Assembly: GCA_965637545.1 (NCBI GenBank)
Contig: OZ281497.1
Coordinates: 4,650,001 to 4,714,000, forward strand
Reading direction: 5' to 3'
Origin: Phallusia mammillata
Lineage: Eukaryota
Length of the DNA: 64,000 bases
Part shown: positions 10,657 through 23,100 of the stretch, piece after piece
Layout: every line of letters starts with the position of its first letter
Numbering within the stretch: the first letter of the stretch is position 1
Notes under the pieces: model-generated
What the model saw: the letters and a program-made list of their open reading frames with translations, nothing else
Told to the model about the DNA's origin: nothing
Database searches by the model: none
Made by a program: the position numbers and the translations under genes

Positions 10657-13286
10657 TCAAAAGCATATATAACAGGTGTTCACAACCGTTAATGAATTGT
10701 ATGCTTAACAAAATATATTACTAAGTTTTAAACCAACTCAAGTACTGTTTGAGGATGAAAAAAGGGCTGTAGTTTGGTGACTACAGGTATAAACAGTAAT
10801 ATGTAGCATTTACCTATTATTACTGTTTCTACAAACTATCATCACTATCGAGCGTATTGCTGTTTAGGCAATAGGAATTGTAATTGCCAATATACAATCG
10901 CCTGATGAACTCTGTTAAGTTTACTAGAAGAGTGGCTTAGCCTTTAATTTCAAAACATTCACTCCTTTTAGGGAGCTGGTTGGGTAAATGTGGAACACAA
11001 CAAATTAACACCTATAAATAACAAATTCTACAAGCTATACAAATTTTAGCAAATCAAACATTGTTTAATCAAGTCAAACATTTTAGGGGGCCGGTTAGGT
11101 AAATGTAGGGGCTAAAGGATTGAACACAACAATCAACACCCATAAATGGCATACTGTGCAAGCTATACAATTTTCAGTCAATTCTGACACTGTTTAAAAA
11201 CAATTCACCCATTTTAGGGGACCAGTTAGGTAAATGTGGGAGCTATAGGGTTGAATACAACAATCAGCACCTACAAATGGCATATTCTACAAGCTATACA
11301 ACTTTTAGTCCGTTCTGACACTGTTACAATAACTCACTCATTTTAGGGGATGGTTGGGTGAATGTGGGTGATTAGGGGTTGCACAAAACAATCAATATCT
11401 ATAAATAGCATATTCTACAAGCTATACAAACACTGTTTAAACCCTCACCCATTTTGGGGGGGCTGGTGGGTTGACTGATGGGGTTCTACACCCAAACGTA
11501 TAAAATATGCAACCACAATGACCCAATGAACAGTCCTGTAAAATATTGTCCAAACTGTCCAAAAAATTCAAACACTTTATCTTTTATGTAAACTTTAAAT
11601 CAGTGGTTTTCAGCCAGAGGTCTGCGGACCCCTAGGTGTCTGCAAAGCCTTTTCAGGGGGCCTGCTACAACTTCCCAATTTGTGCACAATAAGATTAATA
11701 AATCGCAATTTAGAAAAAATGCTTCAGTTTTTCAAAATACCATGAAACTTGTTTAAAATCATTCTTTATAGGCGACAAACCAAAATGCAACATTAAAACC
11801 CTATTGTCATGCAACAGACGTAAATTGTCAGCAGCAAACAACATCACAATGCTATGGGTCTTTCTTGTTTATTCATGAGGTCGCAATGCAAACAAATTGA
11901 TTCAAATTTCTGGACCGAAAGTGGTTGCTATTTTATGCAGTATGTTTTTTTCAGTTGATAATGAAAAAAGTACAATACTACTCCAAGGGGTCCGCAATTA
12001 GATTACAATATAGAAAAGGGTGCGCAAATATAAAAAGGTTGAGAACTACTCCTTTAAATAATTGCATTCAGCAAGAATTGTGACACCAGAATTTGTTAGA
12101 ATCCAAAAGGTTTCTTCAAATTAGCCAATCGAATTCATGTTAAAGACCACCAGTTTTCTGAATTTAGACAATGAATTTAGTTTGATTTTGAATCATAACA
12201 AAGAAAAAAAGAACCCACTTATTTTAAGCACAAGCTGCCATTGTTGTGTAGATTGCTAGTTTGCTATGTGTATACTCTGCTTAGATTTTTTAGTTTGAGT
12301 ACATTGCATAGATGGTGCATATATATTATATTTAGATTTTATAGTTTGTATGTAATATGCTGAGATTTGATATATATAATAGGTTTAGATTTTATAGTTT
12401 GTGTACTGTATAGGAGCCCGGCAGGATAGTTGGGGAAATGTTGGGCTACAGGGTAAAACACAACAATCAACACCTATAATAGTATATTTTATAAAATGTA
12501 AGAGTTTCATCCAAAAGCATATTTAACAACATAAAACCACATGACTTTCAGACAACCACATGTCATTCAACCAACCACATTTGTGCAAAAACAGCTGATT
12601 TCTAATCAACCTAAGAACTGACAGGTATAGGACGACCTGCTTAAACTGCTACAAATGTAACCCAGAAAATCACTTCCTTAGGACTTCGGTGGCAGTGCCT
12701 TAAGATAAGTGGCTTAAACAGATATACAGGACTGTACATGTAACCACTAAGCAGATTGAACTAAAACTTTCAACAATACACACTTCATAAAAACTATTAA
12801 CAGTTTCAGACTAATGGGTAAAAAGGGTGAATTCGACTAAAAGATAACCAACAGTATATGAATTAAAAGCAAATAGTTTTTAAATTGGCGCATTTGAGGA
12901 ACCTCTGGGTTAACAATGGTTGAATTTTGATTAAATGGCTATAAACCATTGTGTGTTAACTTGAATACATTTAAAGCACTTTTTCTTGACCTAACAGGCA
13001 AAATACAGCATCATTAGACAAAAAATGAAGACAAAAACAATATCTGCCATAAAGCCATTTGAATCATTTTTGCCTTAAAATTGTTTGAATTTATAATCGG
13101 TTTAAATACTTCAGATTTAGGGCATTAAGTGCCATTGTCCCCATAACAGTTTAACAGTTTTAGTGAACAAAACTAATTACAATTGAAGATTAGATAATTT
13201 ATACAAAAAGAAGCAAGGCAGCTGACTTTCAAGTAATGACTACCTGTTATCACACAATACAATAAGCAAGAACCTTTGGGTGTAGG
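10656..13286 (-). repeat. Right arm of the inverted duplication
   Basis: Reverse complement of 5725-8248; carries an extra ~120 bp at 12505-12624. Confidence 0.95.
11601..12051. mobile_element. hAT-type MITE (right-arm mirror copy)
   Basis: cagtggttttcagcc / ggttgagaactactc with TSD ctttaaat on both sides. Confidence 0.85.
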
Positions 13287-13720
13287 AATAACTTTAAAAT
13301 CTTGTCAAATACCTTATGACAAGAGGCTTCCACAAGTCAGTGTATGTTACTTTACAACATAGAAGTTAACATGGCTTAGTTTGTCTGTGTCAGCAAAATT
13401 TTTTCTCAAATTTGTAATATTATTCATAATAAAAATGAATATTTCAGCTAAATTTAATTAATAATATATAGGATAGCCAACTTTCTAGTTTCTAGTTGCT
13501 GTACAATCATGGATGTCGTAAAACTGATGGATTCGATACAATATAGGACAAATAGTGTTTATTCTAATCTTCAAACTCTTGCTATTATTGCTAATAGTAC
13601 AAACATACAGCAAACATTGATCATCTGCTGCAAGTAAACCAGGTTAAAACCTGTGGCCTGACTGAAACTATTATTTTTGTTGTTGATCTCCAAATGTGTG
13701 TTTTTACCCAATTTTTCTAT

Positions 13721-16600
13721 TTGTTGTTGCAGAAACATTCATAGAAGAGGAACATCCTGAACATGGTTTCATTCCGACAATGCATGTCTTCCCCTCTTTT
13801 TTCTTTTTTTTGTCATTAATATGAATATAGTAGTGTTAAAGTTATTGCTCTGTTAGACTGAGAAAGTTTGCTTTTGTGTAATGGTGTGTGAGATATGCTA
13901 TGCTGATGTCAATGCTTGTGACTGATTTGCCCCATTGTTGCAATTCGGGTTTGATGTCAACTTGGGTGTGGCTTAGTTGAGGTCCTGAAAAAGGACGCTT
14001 TTCTTGGCTGATGCTAAGTTTACATTCCTTGCTGACTGATTGGAGGAGGCATGTTTTGTTGTGATACATATTGCTTGTGTCAGTTGATGTTGCAGGGACA
14101 GACCTTGGCTGACCTTCTCAGAGGACTTATTAAGACGAGCAATGACCCTGTGGCATTTAGCTGATGATTGCATTGTTAGCCAAGTCTGTTGCTGGCCTGG
14201 TACGGTCAAGGAAAGGTTACCCAAAATATTGTGGCTTTGTCACATTTGGAACCCAACTTGTTCTAATCCTTGTCAGATGACTGTTGTAATAATACTGTGT
14301 ATGTTTGTATGTCAGTCTGGTGAGGCTTACGCAGAAGTTGTCTGAGACCTTCAGGTCACTTTTTAAGATGGCTGAAGCTGAGCTTCTAAAGGGCTGGCTG
14401 TCTGTTGTATGATTTGTCCATGTACTCGGTCTGGTATGCCGGATGTTAGCTTGGGACAGTCTGGTTGATGGTAGCTGAACATGGCCGAAAGGTGTGAGCT
14501 GCTAGCCGCTCACGTTTACTACCTGATGCTGGGTGTCTCCATGCACGCAGATGGCATTGATGTGCAAGTCATGTGTCTTCGCTGTCTCTATTAGGCTATC
14601 TGTATATGTGAGATTCGCTTCGTTTTTTTTTGATTAATTTTTTTGTGGAATTTTTTTGGAGTGGTGTATTTTTAGTTTTAGGCTTTTGTTGATACTGTTT
14701 TTGTGGTGGTGTATTGTTCGTTTTAGGGTTTTGTTGATAATGTTTTTGTGGTGATGTATTTTAGTTTTAGGGTTTTGTTGGTACTGTTTTTCTGGTGGTG
14801 TATTTTTGTGGTTTTGTTGATACTGTGGTGTGTACACTAGTATATGTATGTGGTACTTCTGCAAGTACTTTGTATGTTTGTGTTTTGCTGTCAGGATGCA
14901 CGGTTAGTATATGGAGTATATCTTGTGTTGCATTGTTGAGATTGTGCTGGTTTAACTGACCAGGTTGTTTTTTTGCTAATTTTAAGCATTGACATTGTAT
15001 TGTTGGGTGAAACTTATGTTCAGATGGACAATCTTTCATTTCTGGTGGATTCACCTGCCGAAGTGAGTTTCTAAAGTTTTATCTGTTTTTTAAATTGTAC
15101 AAAGTTTGAAAAATTAATTTGTTGGCCTCCTTCTACATATTGATGTAACTTCATGCGCTTTTTGCATGAAATGCTTTATTATTCAGATGAAATTTTAGAC
15201 ATAGTCCTAGAAAGAATGTAAATATGCCGCCTGTTTTATTAGACTGGATGTTGTTACCTGCTAGCTTCAAAAGAGTAAAATCAATTTTTCAACCATGATC
15301 AAATTGGATAAAACTCAGGCACTTTGCAAAATGTGGATTTGTTGTGTTTCGTTTTAGAGCTCCACTAACCACCAACTTTGTAGTGTGTTGAGGACCCACA
15401 CAATAAACATTTACAAAGCAAGCACCCAGTGCAAAATATTGATAGTAACAGGATATTTTTTTTAAATTAGCTGAATAGTGCAGGTCCGCACAACATATGC
15501 TCATGAAACCTTTAATGATATGTCATGGATGTTTGGAAATGTTTGGTTATTTACTTTAATTTTGATTTTTAAAACAACAATGAGATATTGTAGTTATTTT
15601 TCAATGGGTTAATTCTTTTTATTATATTGATGATAATCTTCATTCAAACGTTACATTATATAAATGTTAAAATAACAGTAGCATGTGACCCACCACAAAG
15701 TTTTACTGCTGTGGTGCTGCGATCATTGTAAGTTGTACAGGCCTGCTATAGTGCATATACAATACTATTTTGTGCCTTATTGTTTCCAATATGCAACTGA
15801 TAACATTGTATTGCCTTTTTTTCTGATGCCATTTACACACAAAGGTATATGTTGCCGTTTTTTGCCAGACGTTTTCAAACATTTGTTGATTTATTTTATT
15901 CACTAACATACATGTAATTACTTGAGTTGATTTGTTTTGTTTTAATTCGATTTGCTTTATATTGCAGCATGATGATCTTTTTAACAAACTTTCATGACAA
16001 CAATTTACCTATAACAAGTAAGTATGCCTTTAAGTATTGGTTAGGTTTAGAAACAATTGGTACGGTTGATAAATGCTACAGCAATTATTGAATTTAAATT
16101 CAACTTTTATGTCTGTTTATTTTGTGCAATTTTCACAAATAACAACAATAAAACACACACTATGATTGTGCACTAACTTACATATCGAGTTGTTATGGCA
16201 GATAAAAACAAGTAATGCAACAAACATTTTAATTGCCCTCTGAATGTTGTCATGTGTACTAGCTTATAATAGACGCCAAGTCAGATACATTTTTCCTGAT
16301 TGAAAGGTTAATAATTTACATTTACTTGGATTGTTCTTTTGTATGAAACCAAATTATATTCATAAAAACATATCATTTTATAATCACATCATGTATGATA
16401 AAAAAAAACTTACCGGCAAGTTCTTAATTAAATAAATATTTTTTGTTTTGCAGATTTCTTGCTTCTTCCTTCTACCTGTTTCTTTTCTACATTTCATTGT
16501 GTTGTGTTTGTTGATTTTTCGCTTCGCTGTGTCCTGTGTGATTTTAGGTAGAAATATTCTTAGATCAGGCAGCCAGCAGTCATCCCAAGTTACATGTTTT
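13721..16600 (+). repeat. Older inverted duplication, copy 1 (partner 23920-26153)
   Basis: Blocks 13721-15070, ~15930-16010 and ~16430-16600 match the reverse complement of 24770-26153, ~24345-24430 and ~23920-24080. ORF-track peptides MTLWHLADDCIVSQVC... occur at 14142(+) and 25734(-). Confidence 0.85.
14661..14830. repeat. ~45-bp GT-rich minisatellite (about 3.7 units)
   Basis: gtggtgtatttttagttttagggttttgttgatactgtttttgtg units start at 14661, 14706, 14751, 14795; diverged 47-51-bp counterpart at ~25045-25220. Confidence 0.75.
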
Positions 16601-16689
16601 CACCTTATCCCACATTTTGACTCGATTGTATGCACTAAAATCCCCCTTTCCAGTAATTTTTACTTCCATTAATTTATAAATGGGTTGTT

Positions 16690-17550
16690 GTTTTTTACTT
16701 GATTGCTGACACCATTGGCCCAGAAGATCCCACATTTTTTGGGAGTTTTATACACATATTGCCCTCAAATCCAAACCCACCTAACATTTTTTGCGGTTAC
16801 GGCATACACTTATGTCTTTCCCCAACATACCCTACAAAACCAGTTTATACTTCGTTCGGTTTCAAAACCCGGGTTATTAATATATCCGACCACTTCAAAG
16901 TCTTACCAGGAGACGACATCTTTCATGGGTTGGTCGTCTCGAGGCGGGGAGGGGCCTCTTCAACATAATTACCTAAACAATTCTTTTTTGGATAAATTCA
17001 ACACTTTCGCCCGCTTATCCATCTTTTCGGGTGTTTTGCAAGCGCTCATTTTTACGCTTGACCGCTTTGCCTTGGCCTATGTTTCCACGGCTTTTTTGCA
17101 CTTGTCCACTTCCCAGACATTTTTAGTCCGCAAAACATATCTCCGGTCTTTCTCGAACGCTTTGCGGATACTTCATTGCCCCTTTCAGCGAACAATTGGT
17201 TCAGTTTTGACCATTTTCACACACCAGGCGTACTTGTCATTATGTCCCCCACTACGTTTTGCGGTGCTTAGACAACACCACGTCCAACGATTTAGCAGTC
17301 TTCTGCCTGTTATCAACAGCCCAAATGGCACATTCAGCCCTTGGCTACTACTCCAAAAGAAAAACTTACTGTTCGGTGCAACATGCCAACGCCGACTTGC
17401 AAATACCTCACTCATCTTGCTGATGACCATCACATTGTTTAAACATGGACGCCCCTACCATGGATAATAGCTTAATCGTACAATGCTGCACTGTATCTTA
17501 AATTTCTGTACGTGCCGATGTCGCCTGTACAGATTGCAATAATAAATTTC
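16690..17550 (+). mobile_element. Possible degenerate 3' fragment of an L1/Tx1-type LINE ORF2 (zf-RVT-like C-terminus)
   Basis: The 254-aa frame has FLH...CPF...TH.Y..C and LLFG...LAN..LILL patterns reminiscent of L1/Tx1 C-termini, followed by a short 3' UTR ending in aataaa (~17541). Weak, by-eye similarity. Confidence 0.35.
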
Positions 17551-17726
17551 ATTCCTACACTACAAGATGTGATTTCAATCGATTTAGCGTGAGCTTAAAC
17601 TGACCCTAATTATAAGAACTGCTGCAGAAATCGGATGTTTATACAAGAAGCCAAAATACGTACGTCCACCTGCAATTAAGATTACACAATTTCATCATTA
17701 AAATTTGGAGACTCTGCCGTAGGCAG

Positions 17727-18290
17727 TTGACCCCAATTGGAGTTCACGTGACCTCATTTCCAAATAATTCGAGACCATGCAGTTTATTTTTCGAAATTGC
17801 AAGCCCTTGCCGCAGACATTTGACCTTAATTGGAGTTCAAGTGACCTCTTTTTTAAATAATTGGAGACCATGCAGTTTCTTTTTCAAAATTGCAAGCCCT
17901 TGTCGCAGACAGTTGACCTTAATTGGAGTTCAAGTGACCTCACTTTCAAATAATTCGATACCATACAGTTTCTTTTTCAAAATTGCAAGACCTTGCGGTA
18001 GGGCAGTTGACCCCTATTGGAGTTCACGTGACCTCATTTCCAAATAATTCGATACCATGCAGTTTCTTTTTCGAAATTGCAAGCCCTTGCCGCAGGCATT
18101 TGACCTTAATTGGAGTTCAAGTGACCTCATTTGTAAATGATTCGAGACCATGCAGTTTCTTTTTTAAAATTGCAAGCCCTTGCCGCAGGCATTTGACCTT
18201 AATTGGAGTTCAAGTGACCTCATTTTTAAATAATTCGAGACCATGCAGTTTCTTTTTGCAAATTCGGAGAACATGCGCCAGGTATTTGAC
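17727..18290. repeat. 93-bp tandem repeat, six units in ABB-ABB higher-order pattern
   Basis: Units start at 17727, 17820, 17913, 18007, 18100, 18193; units 1 and 4 share cccc/tattggagttcacgtg...catttcc, the others ccttaattggagttcaagtg. Confidence 0.9.
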
Positions 18291-19082
18291 CTAAATACGG
18301 GTTCTGGTGAACACGTTGTAACTTCATTTCAAACTGTTGGAGACTATACCGAAGGAGCCCAGGCCGTACAAAGCGAGTTTGACGGCTGATGGCCACACTT
18401 GTTCACGTATTTTTCTGCTGAATACATGTAGGCTACCTTAACTACGTCCACATCACTCATTGCATGAAGAATAATTGATTTATTGTCGCAAATAACACGA
18501 GTGACATGGATGGATATATTGCGACCACAACGTTTGTAAGAAAGGATGTGAAGTTGACCGACGTATGCAGAAGAGCATAGCTTGTTGTATATGGGTGTAA
18601 GAAGTGTGCAAAAACACCCGCAGAGGTGGTTGAACTCAGCGTAAATAGTGCTTTAGAAGGTAGCCTATAGGCACCCGAAAAGTGATTCAGATAAAGCTCA
18701 TTAGTGTGCTTCGACGGAGCAGGAGGTGTAGCATAGGCAAAAAGACATAAAAACACTAGTCGCTTTGAGGGCAAAAAGTTTGAAAACCACAGGACCTTGG
18801 CTTTGATAAAAAAAAAACTCTCTTCGAGTTAACGATGTAGAGGCCCTTTTCAGCCTCACCGAGCGACGACTGACCGACGGATAAGAACGAGCGGTGAGTA
18901 CTTGAAGTTGGCAAGTTGGGTATATCTTTGATTTTGAGGGCGAAAAACGTGTAAAAAAAGGTGGATTGAACCGGTGAGGGCGAAAGTAATGTATTCAGAA
19001 GTTAACTTAGGTTTGAAAAAAAATCAGCTCAAAGGCGTACACGCCAATTTCGTTTTAAGGGTGATAAAAACTGAATAGCTAG

Positions 19083-19237
19083 TGTAGCGTATTATCTTTG
19101 TGTGCATGAACCGTTGTACTGATGTGGCGTGAAGTGGGCGTATTTTATTGCGTTGCTGTTAGCCGAAGCGCTTAGGGTCATTCAATACAAGGGTGTTGTG
19201 AGTGAAGCAGTGTGTTTGTGGCAGAAAATAAGCTACA
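19083..19237 (+). repeat. gypsy 5' LTR
   Basis: TG...CA, identical to 23591-23745. Confidence 0.95.
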
Positions 19238-19238
19238 T

Positions 19239-19255
19239 TGGCGAGCACGCCAGGA
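19239..19255 (+). promoter_or_regulatory. Primer-binding site, tRNA-Arg-like
   Basis: TGGCGAGCACGCCAGGA directly after the LTR; resembles the complement of the tRNA-Arg(ACG) 3' end (TGGCGAGCCAGCCAGGA in vertebrates). Confidence 0.65.
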
Positions 19256-19257
19256 CC

Positions 19258-20064
19258 ATGTCAGAAACACGAATTGATGTGTTGGAGAGTGCTGTACTTT
19301 TGCTCAAAGAAGAAACAGTCGATCTTAAGAGAAGAGTTGATGTTTTAGAAAGATACTGTGACGAAAATCATGACGTAAAACCGTCTGTAAATACATCGCA
19401 AGAAGAAGCTAAACCGGGTAATTCTAAGTCTTTTGCGAGAACAATAAAGTTGCCTGGTACGTTTAGTGGAAATAATGATCAACAGTGGGCACAATACAAA
19501 GTACATTTTGAGAATGTTGCCCTGTTAAACGATTGGAATCTTTTGGAAAAGGGAAAACAGCTAGCCGCTTGTTTAACCGAAAAGGCAGTTATGGTGCAAG
19601 GAAATCTTCCAGGTGACCAAAGATGGGATTTTGAAAGCCTCATTGCCGAATTGGACAAGCAATTTGGTACAAGCAACGCACCACGTGCCAGAGCGGCGTT
19701 TCATGCCGCGGTGCGTTTATAAAGTGAGTCCAGTCTTGCCTTTTCAAATCGCCTGAGGTGCCTAATAAAAGAAGGGCATCCCAATCTAAGTGACGAGTGT
19801 GCTGAAGAGTTTCTTGTTCAACAATTTTTGTCTGGCATTGAAGACTCGTCGTTGCGAAACGTTTTGGTCGTGAGAAATCCATCGACTTTAAAAGAAGCGG
19901 TTGAAGTGGTGACCACGATGGAATCGTATGCCCAACCGCAAAGGAAAACAACCTATGAAAGCAAATGCCACCTCTGTGGCGAAGAAGGTCATTGGAAGCG
20001 GTGTTGCCCACAAGCAGATAAGTCCGGTACTAATCGTGTGCAACGTCCTTTAAACTCATGGTGA
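19258..20064 (+). pseudogene. gag: gypsy gag with CX2CX4HX4C zinc knuckle; one in-frame TAA at 19720-19722
   Basis: MSETRIDVLE... reads in one frame across the stop to CHLCGEEGHWKRC and ends QRPLNSW*. Confidence 0.85.
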
Positions 20065-20105
20065 CTGGTGTAAAGGCCGAACCATCAGTCACAAATTATT
20101 CGGCC
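20049..20105 (+). promoter_or_regulatory. -1 programmed ribosomal frameshift signal: T TTA AAC heptamer plus predicted H-type pseudoknot
   Basis: Heptamer 20049-20055 in the gag frame; pol is in the -1 frame; stem 1 20061-20070/20083-20092, stem 2 20075-20081/20099-20105. Confidence 0.8.
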
Positions 20106-23100
20106 GAAAACGACAAAGCTTTTCATGTCGTTGGCATGGTGGGACAAATACAAGTCAAGTTTTTGGTTGACACCGGATCTTGTGTGTCTTTGATTAATCC
20201 CTGTGTTTTCAATAAATTTGGACAAGCTTACGATGCGTCTTCTCTTCGCCCATACGAGTTTAATTTGATATCTGTAGGAAATATTCCAATGCCTTGCTAC
20301 GGTTCCTTTGATACACTCTTAAAAGTTGGTGCAGATCAATATCAATGTTCCCTGGTGGTCGCAGATCTGGGACGGATTGAGGGTATATTGGGGCTAGATT
20401 TCTTGCACGAACAAAACTGTTCGATCAATTTTAGTAATAAAACATTTTTTATTGGACAACACTCATTTCAAAGAAGCAAACATGTCGACCCTATTTTTTG
20501 CAACCCTGGAACAAATTCTCTTCCTGATCATATGCTTTGTCTTGTTGACAATTTCAAAGATATTTCCGAGGTCAACATGAAAGCAGTTGTCAAGTTGCTT
20601 TGTGAGTTTCAAGATATATTTTCAAAGGGAAGCAACGATCTCGGTAAGAATGCGTACGTGAGACACCGCATAAATACTGGGACAGTCCAACCTATACGAC
20701 AAACGCCACGACGTGTTTCTTGGGCCAAGAAAGAAGTAATTGACGCAGAGTTGCAGAAAATGTTGCGTACAGGTGTCATTGAACCAAGTGACGGTCCGTG
20801 GTCATCTCCTGTGGTGCTTGTAAAGAAAAAAGATGGACAGTATCGGTTTTGTGTGAATTATCGGCGTCTTAATTCTGTAACAAAGAAAGACGCTTACCCT
20901 TTACCTCGGATTGAGGATATCTTGGAAACACTAAGCGGATCAAAGTGGTTTAGTACTATGGATTTAGCAAGTGGATATTGGCAAGTTGAAATGGAAGAGT
21001 CGGACAAGCCCAAGACAGCATTTTCAATTCCCAGTAAGGGGTTATATCAATTTAAAGTTATGCCGTTTGGTTTGACAAATGCTCCGGGGACTTTTCAAAG
21101 GTTAATGGAAAGAGTGTTGCAAGGTTTACTGTGGGATTCGTGTTTGGTATATGTCGACGATGTAGTATCGTTTGCGAACAATTTTGAAGGAGCCATAACC
21201 AATTTAAGAGCTGTGTTTACCCGATTGAGGCAAGCAGGGCTTAAATTGAAGCCGAAGAAATGTCGCTTGTTATCTCGAGAATCTAGTTTTCTTGGGCATA
21301 TTGTTTCGCAAAAAGGGGTTCAATGTGATCCAAACAAGCTGAAAGCTGTAAGTGCTTGGCCCAAACCATCTACTGTTAAAGAAGTTCGCTGTTTTCTTGG
21401 CTTTGCATCTTATTACCGAAGATTCATAAAACATTATGCAACCATTGCTAGTCCATTGACGGACATAACGAGAAAGAATAGGAATTTTCAGTGGACAAAT
21501 GAATGTGATGCAGCATTTGGTTCTATAAAACAAGCTTTGTTGACTAACCCTGTACTTTCGTTTCCTGTCCATGATGCTGAGTTTATTCTAGATACTGATG
21601 CAAGTTCCACTGGTCTTGGAGGCGTTCTTTCCCAAATTGGAAACAACAATGCAGAGTGTGTTGTTGCTTACGGCAGCAGAGCCATGAGCCGCTCAGAACG
21701 TTGTTATTGTGCCACGTACCGCGAGCTGTTGGCGGTGGTGCACTTTTTGCACTACTTTAGGCACTACCTCTGGGGCGTAAATTTACACTGCGGACAGATC
21801 ATGCTTCACTGAAATGGTTGCTTTCCTTTAAGGAACCAGAGGGCATGTTAGCACGTTGGCTATCAGTGATTGGAACCTACACGTTTTAAGTTGAGCATCG
21901 CCCTGGGAAACAACATGGGAACGCAGACGGTTTGTCGCGACAAAGGTGTCACCACAGCGAGTGTGTCGATTGCTCCATGTTTGAACAACCTGAACAACCT
22001 AGATCAGTTCCAGTAGCACCCGTTCTACGAGATTCTACGACAGGTGACAGCAATTGGCTTGATGAATGGACTATTGCAGATATTCGAAAATGGCAAAATG
22101 AGGATCCAGAACTTTCAGCCATTCTGCGGTTGAAGGCCATCAGTCAACATAGGCCCTCTAGAGAAGAGTTTGTGGATCGTACAGGAAATTTAGCTTACTT
22201 TGCTCAATGGGATTGGTTACTAGTGAGAAACGGTGTACTTTATCGGGAATGGTTACCAGACGAAGATGGTGGTGAAGTAATTCGTTTGTTGGTTGCGCCA
22301 AGATCTTTACAAAAAATGATTTTTGACCATCTTCATGTGTCCAGAACAGCAGGGCATTTAGGAACAACACGTACTATAGAGCAAATTCGCCGACGTTTTT
22401 ATTGGCCTGGTTTTCGCAACGACATTCGCCTGTGGTGCCGTTGGTGTCAAAACTGTGCAAAGCGAAAACCCACTCACGGACGGCATCGTGGTAAACTGCA
22501 ACAACAGCCAGCACATTTTCCGTTAGAGCGAATTGGCATTGATTTCCTTGGACCATTACCATGCACTGAGCGAGGTAACATGTACATATTAGTAGTCAGT
22601 GATTACTTTACCAAGTGGACAGAGTCGTTTGCTCTACCTGATCAGCACGCGACAACAACTGCGCATACATTGGTCACCGAGTTCTTCTGTCGGTTTGGGA
22701 TTCCTAAGTATATTCACTCCGACCAAGGTCGTGACTTTGAGTCCAGACTCTTTCAGGAAATGTGTTCTCTTCTGGAGATAAAGAAAACCCGAAACACCCC
22801 ATACCACCCGCAATCATCAGGATTGGTGGAACGGTTTAACCGAACGCTATTGCAAATGTTGTCGGCCTTCGTTAACGACCATCACAATGACTGGGACATC
22901 CATGTACCCTATTTAATGATGACATACCGGTCGTCACAACATGAATCGACCAAATTTACTTCGAATCACCTTATGTTGGGCCGTAATGTGCACGTGCCAC
23001 TAGACATTATGTCGAATTTTGATTCCCATGTTTCGCAGTCTTTATGTTATACGCAGTATGTGCAACACATTAATAATTGTATGCGGAATTCCTTTAAAAT

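Noticed and set aside
12505-12624. Arm-specific segment read as a gained intron (gtttc...ctgacag)
   Set aside because: Precise GT-AG removal leaves the arm one base short of its partner; better explained as a deletion in the other arm.
14720-14775. TTAGGG telomere-like words
   Set aside because: Single hexamers inside a 45-bp minisatellite, not a telomeric array.
17727-18294. CRISPR-like array or repeat-protein ORFs
   Set aside because: Units are contiguous with no unique spacers, the context is eukaryotic with no cas genes, and a 94-bp unit shifts the frame.
19129-19257. Upstream GTG start extending gag
   Set aside because: Begins inside the LTR and crosses the PBS; ATG 19258 is the plausible start.
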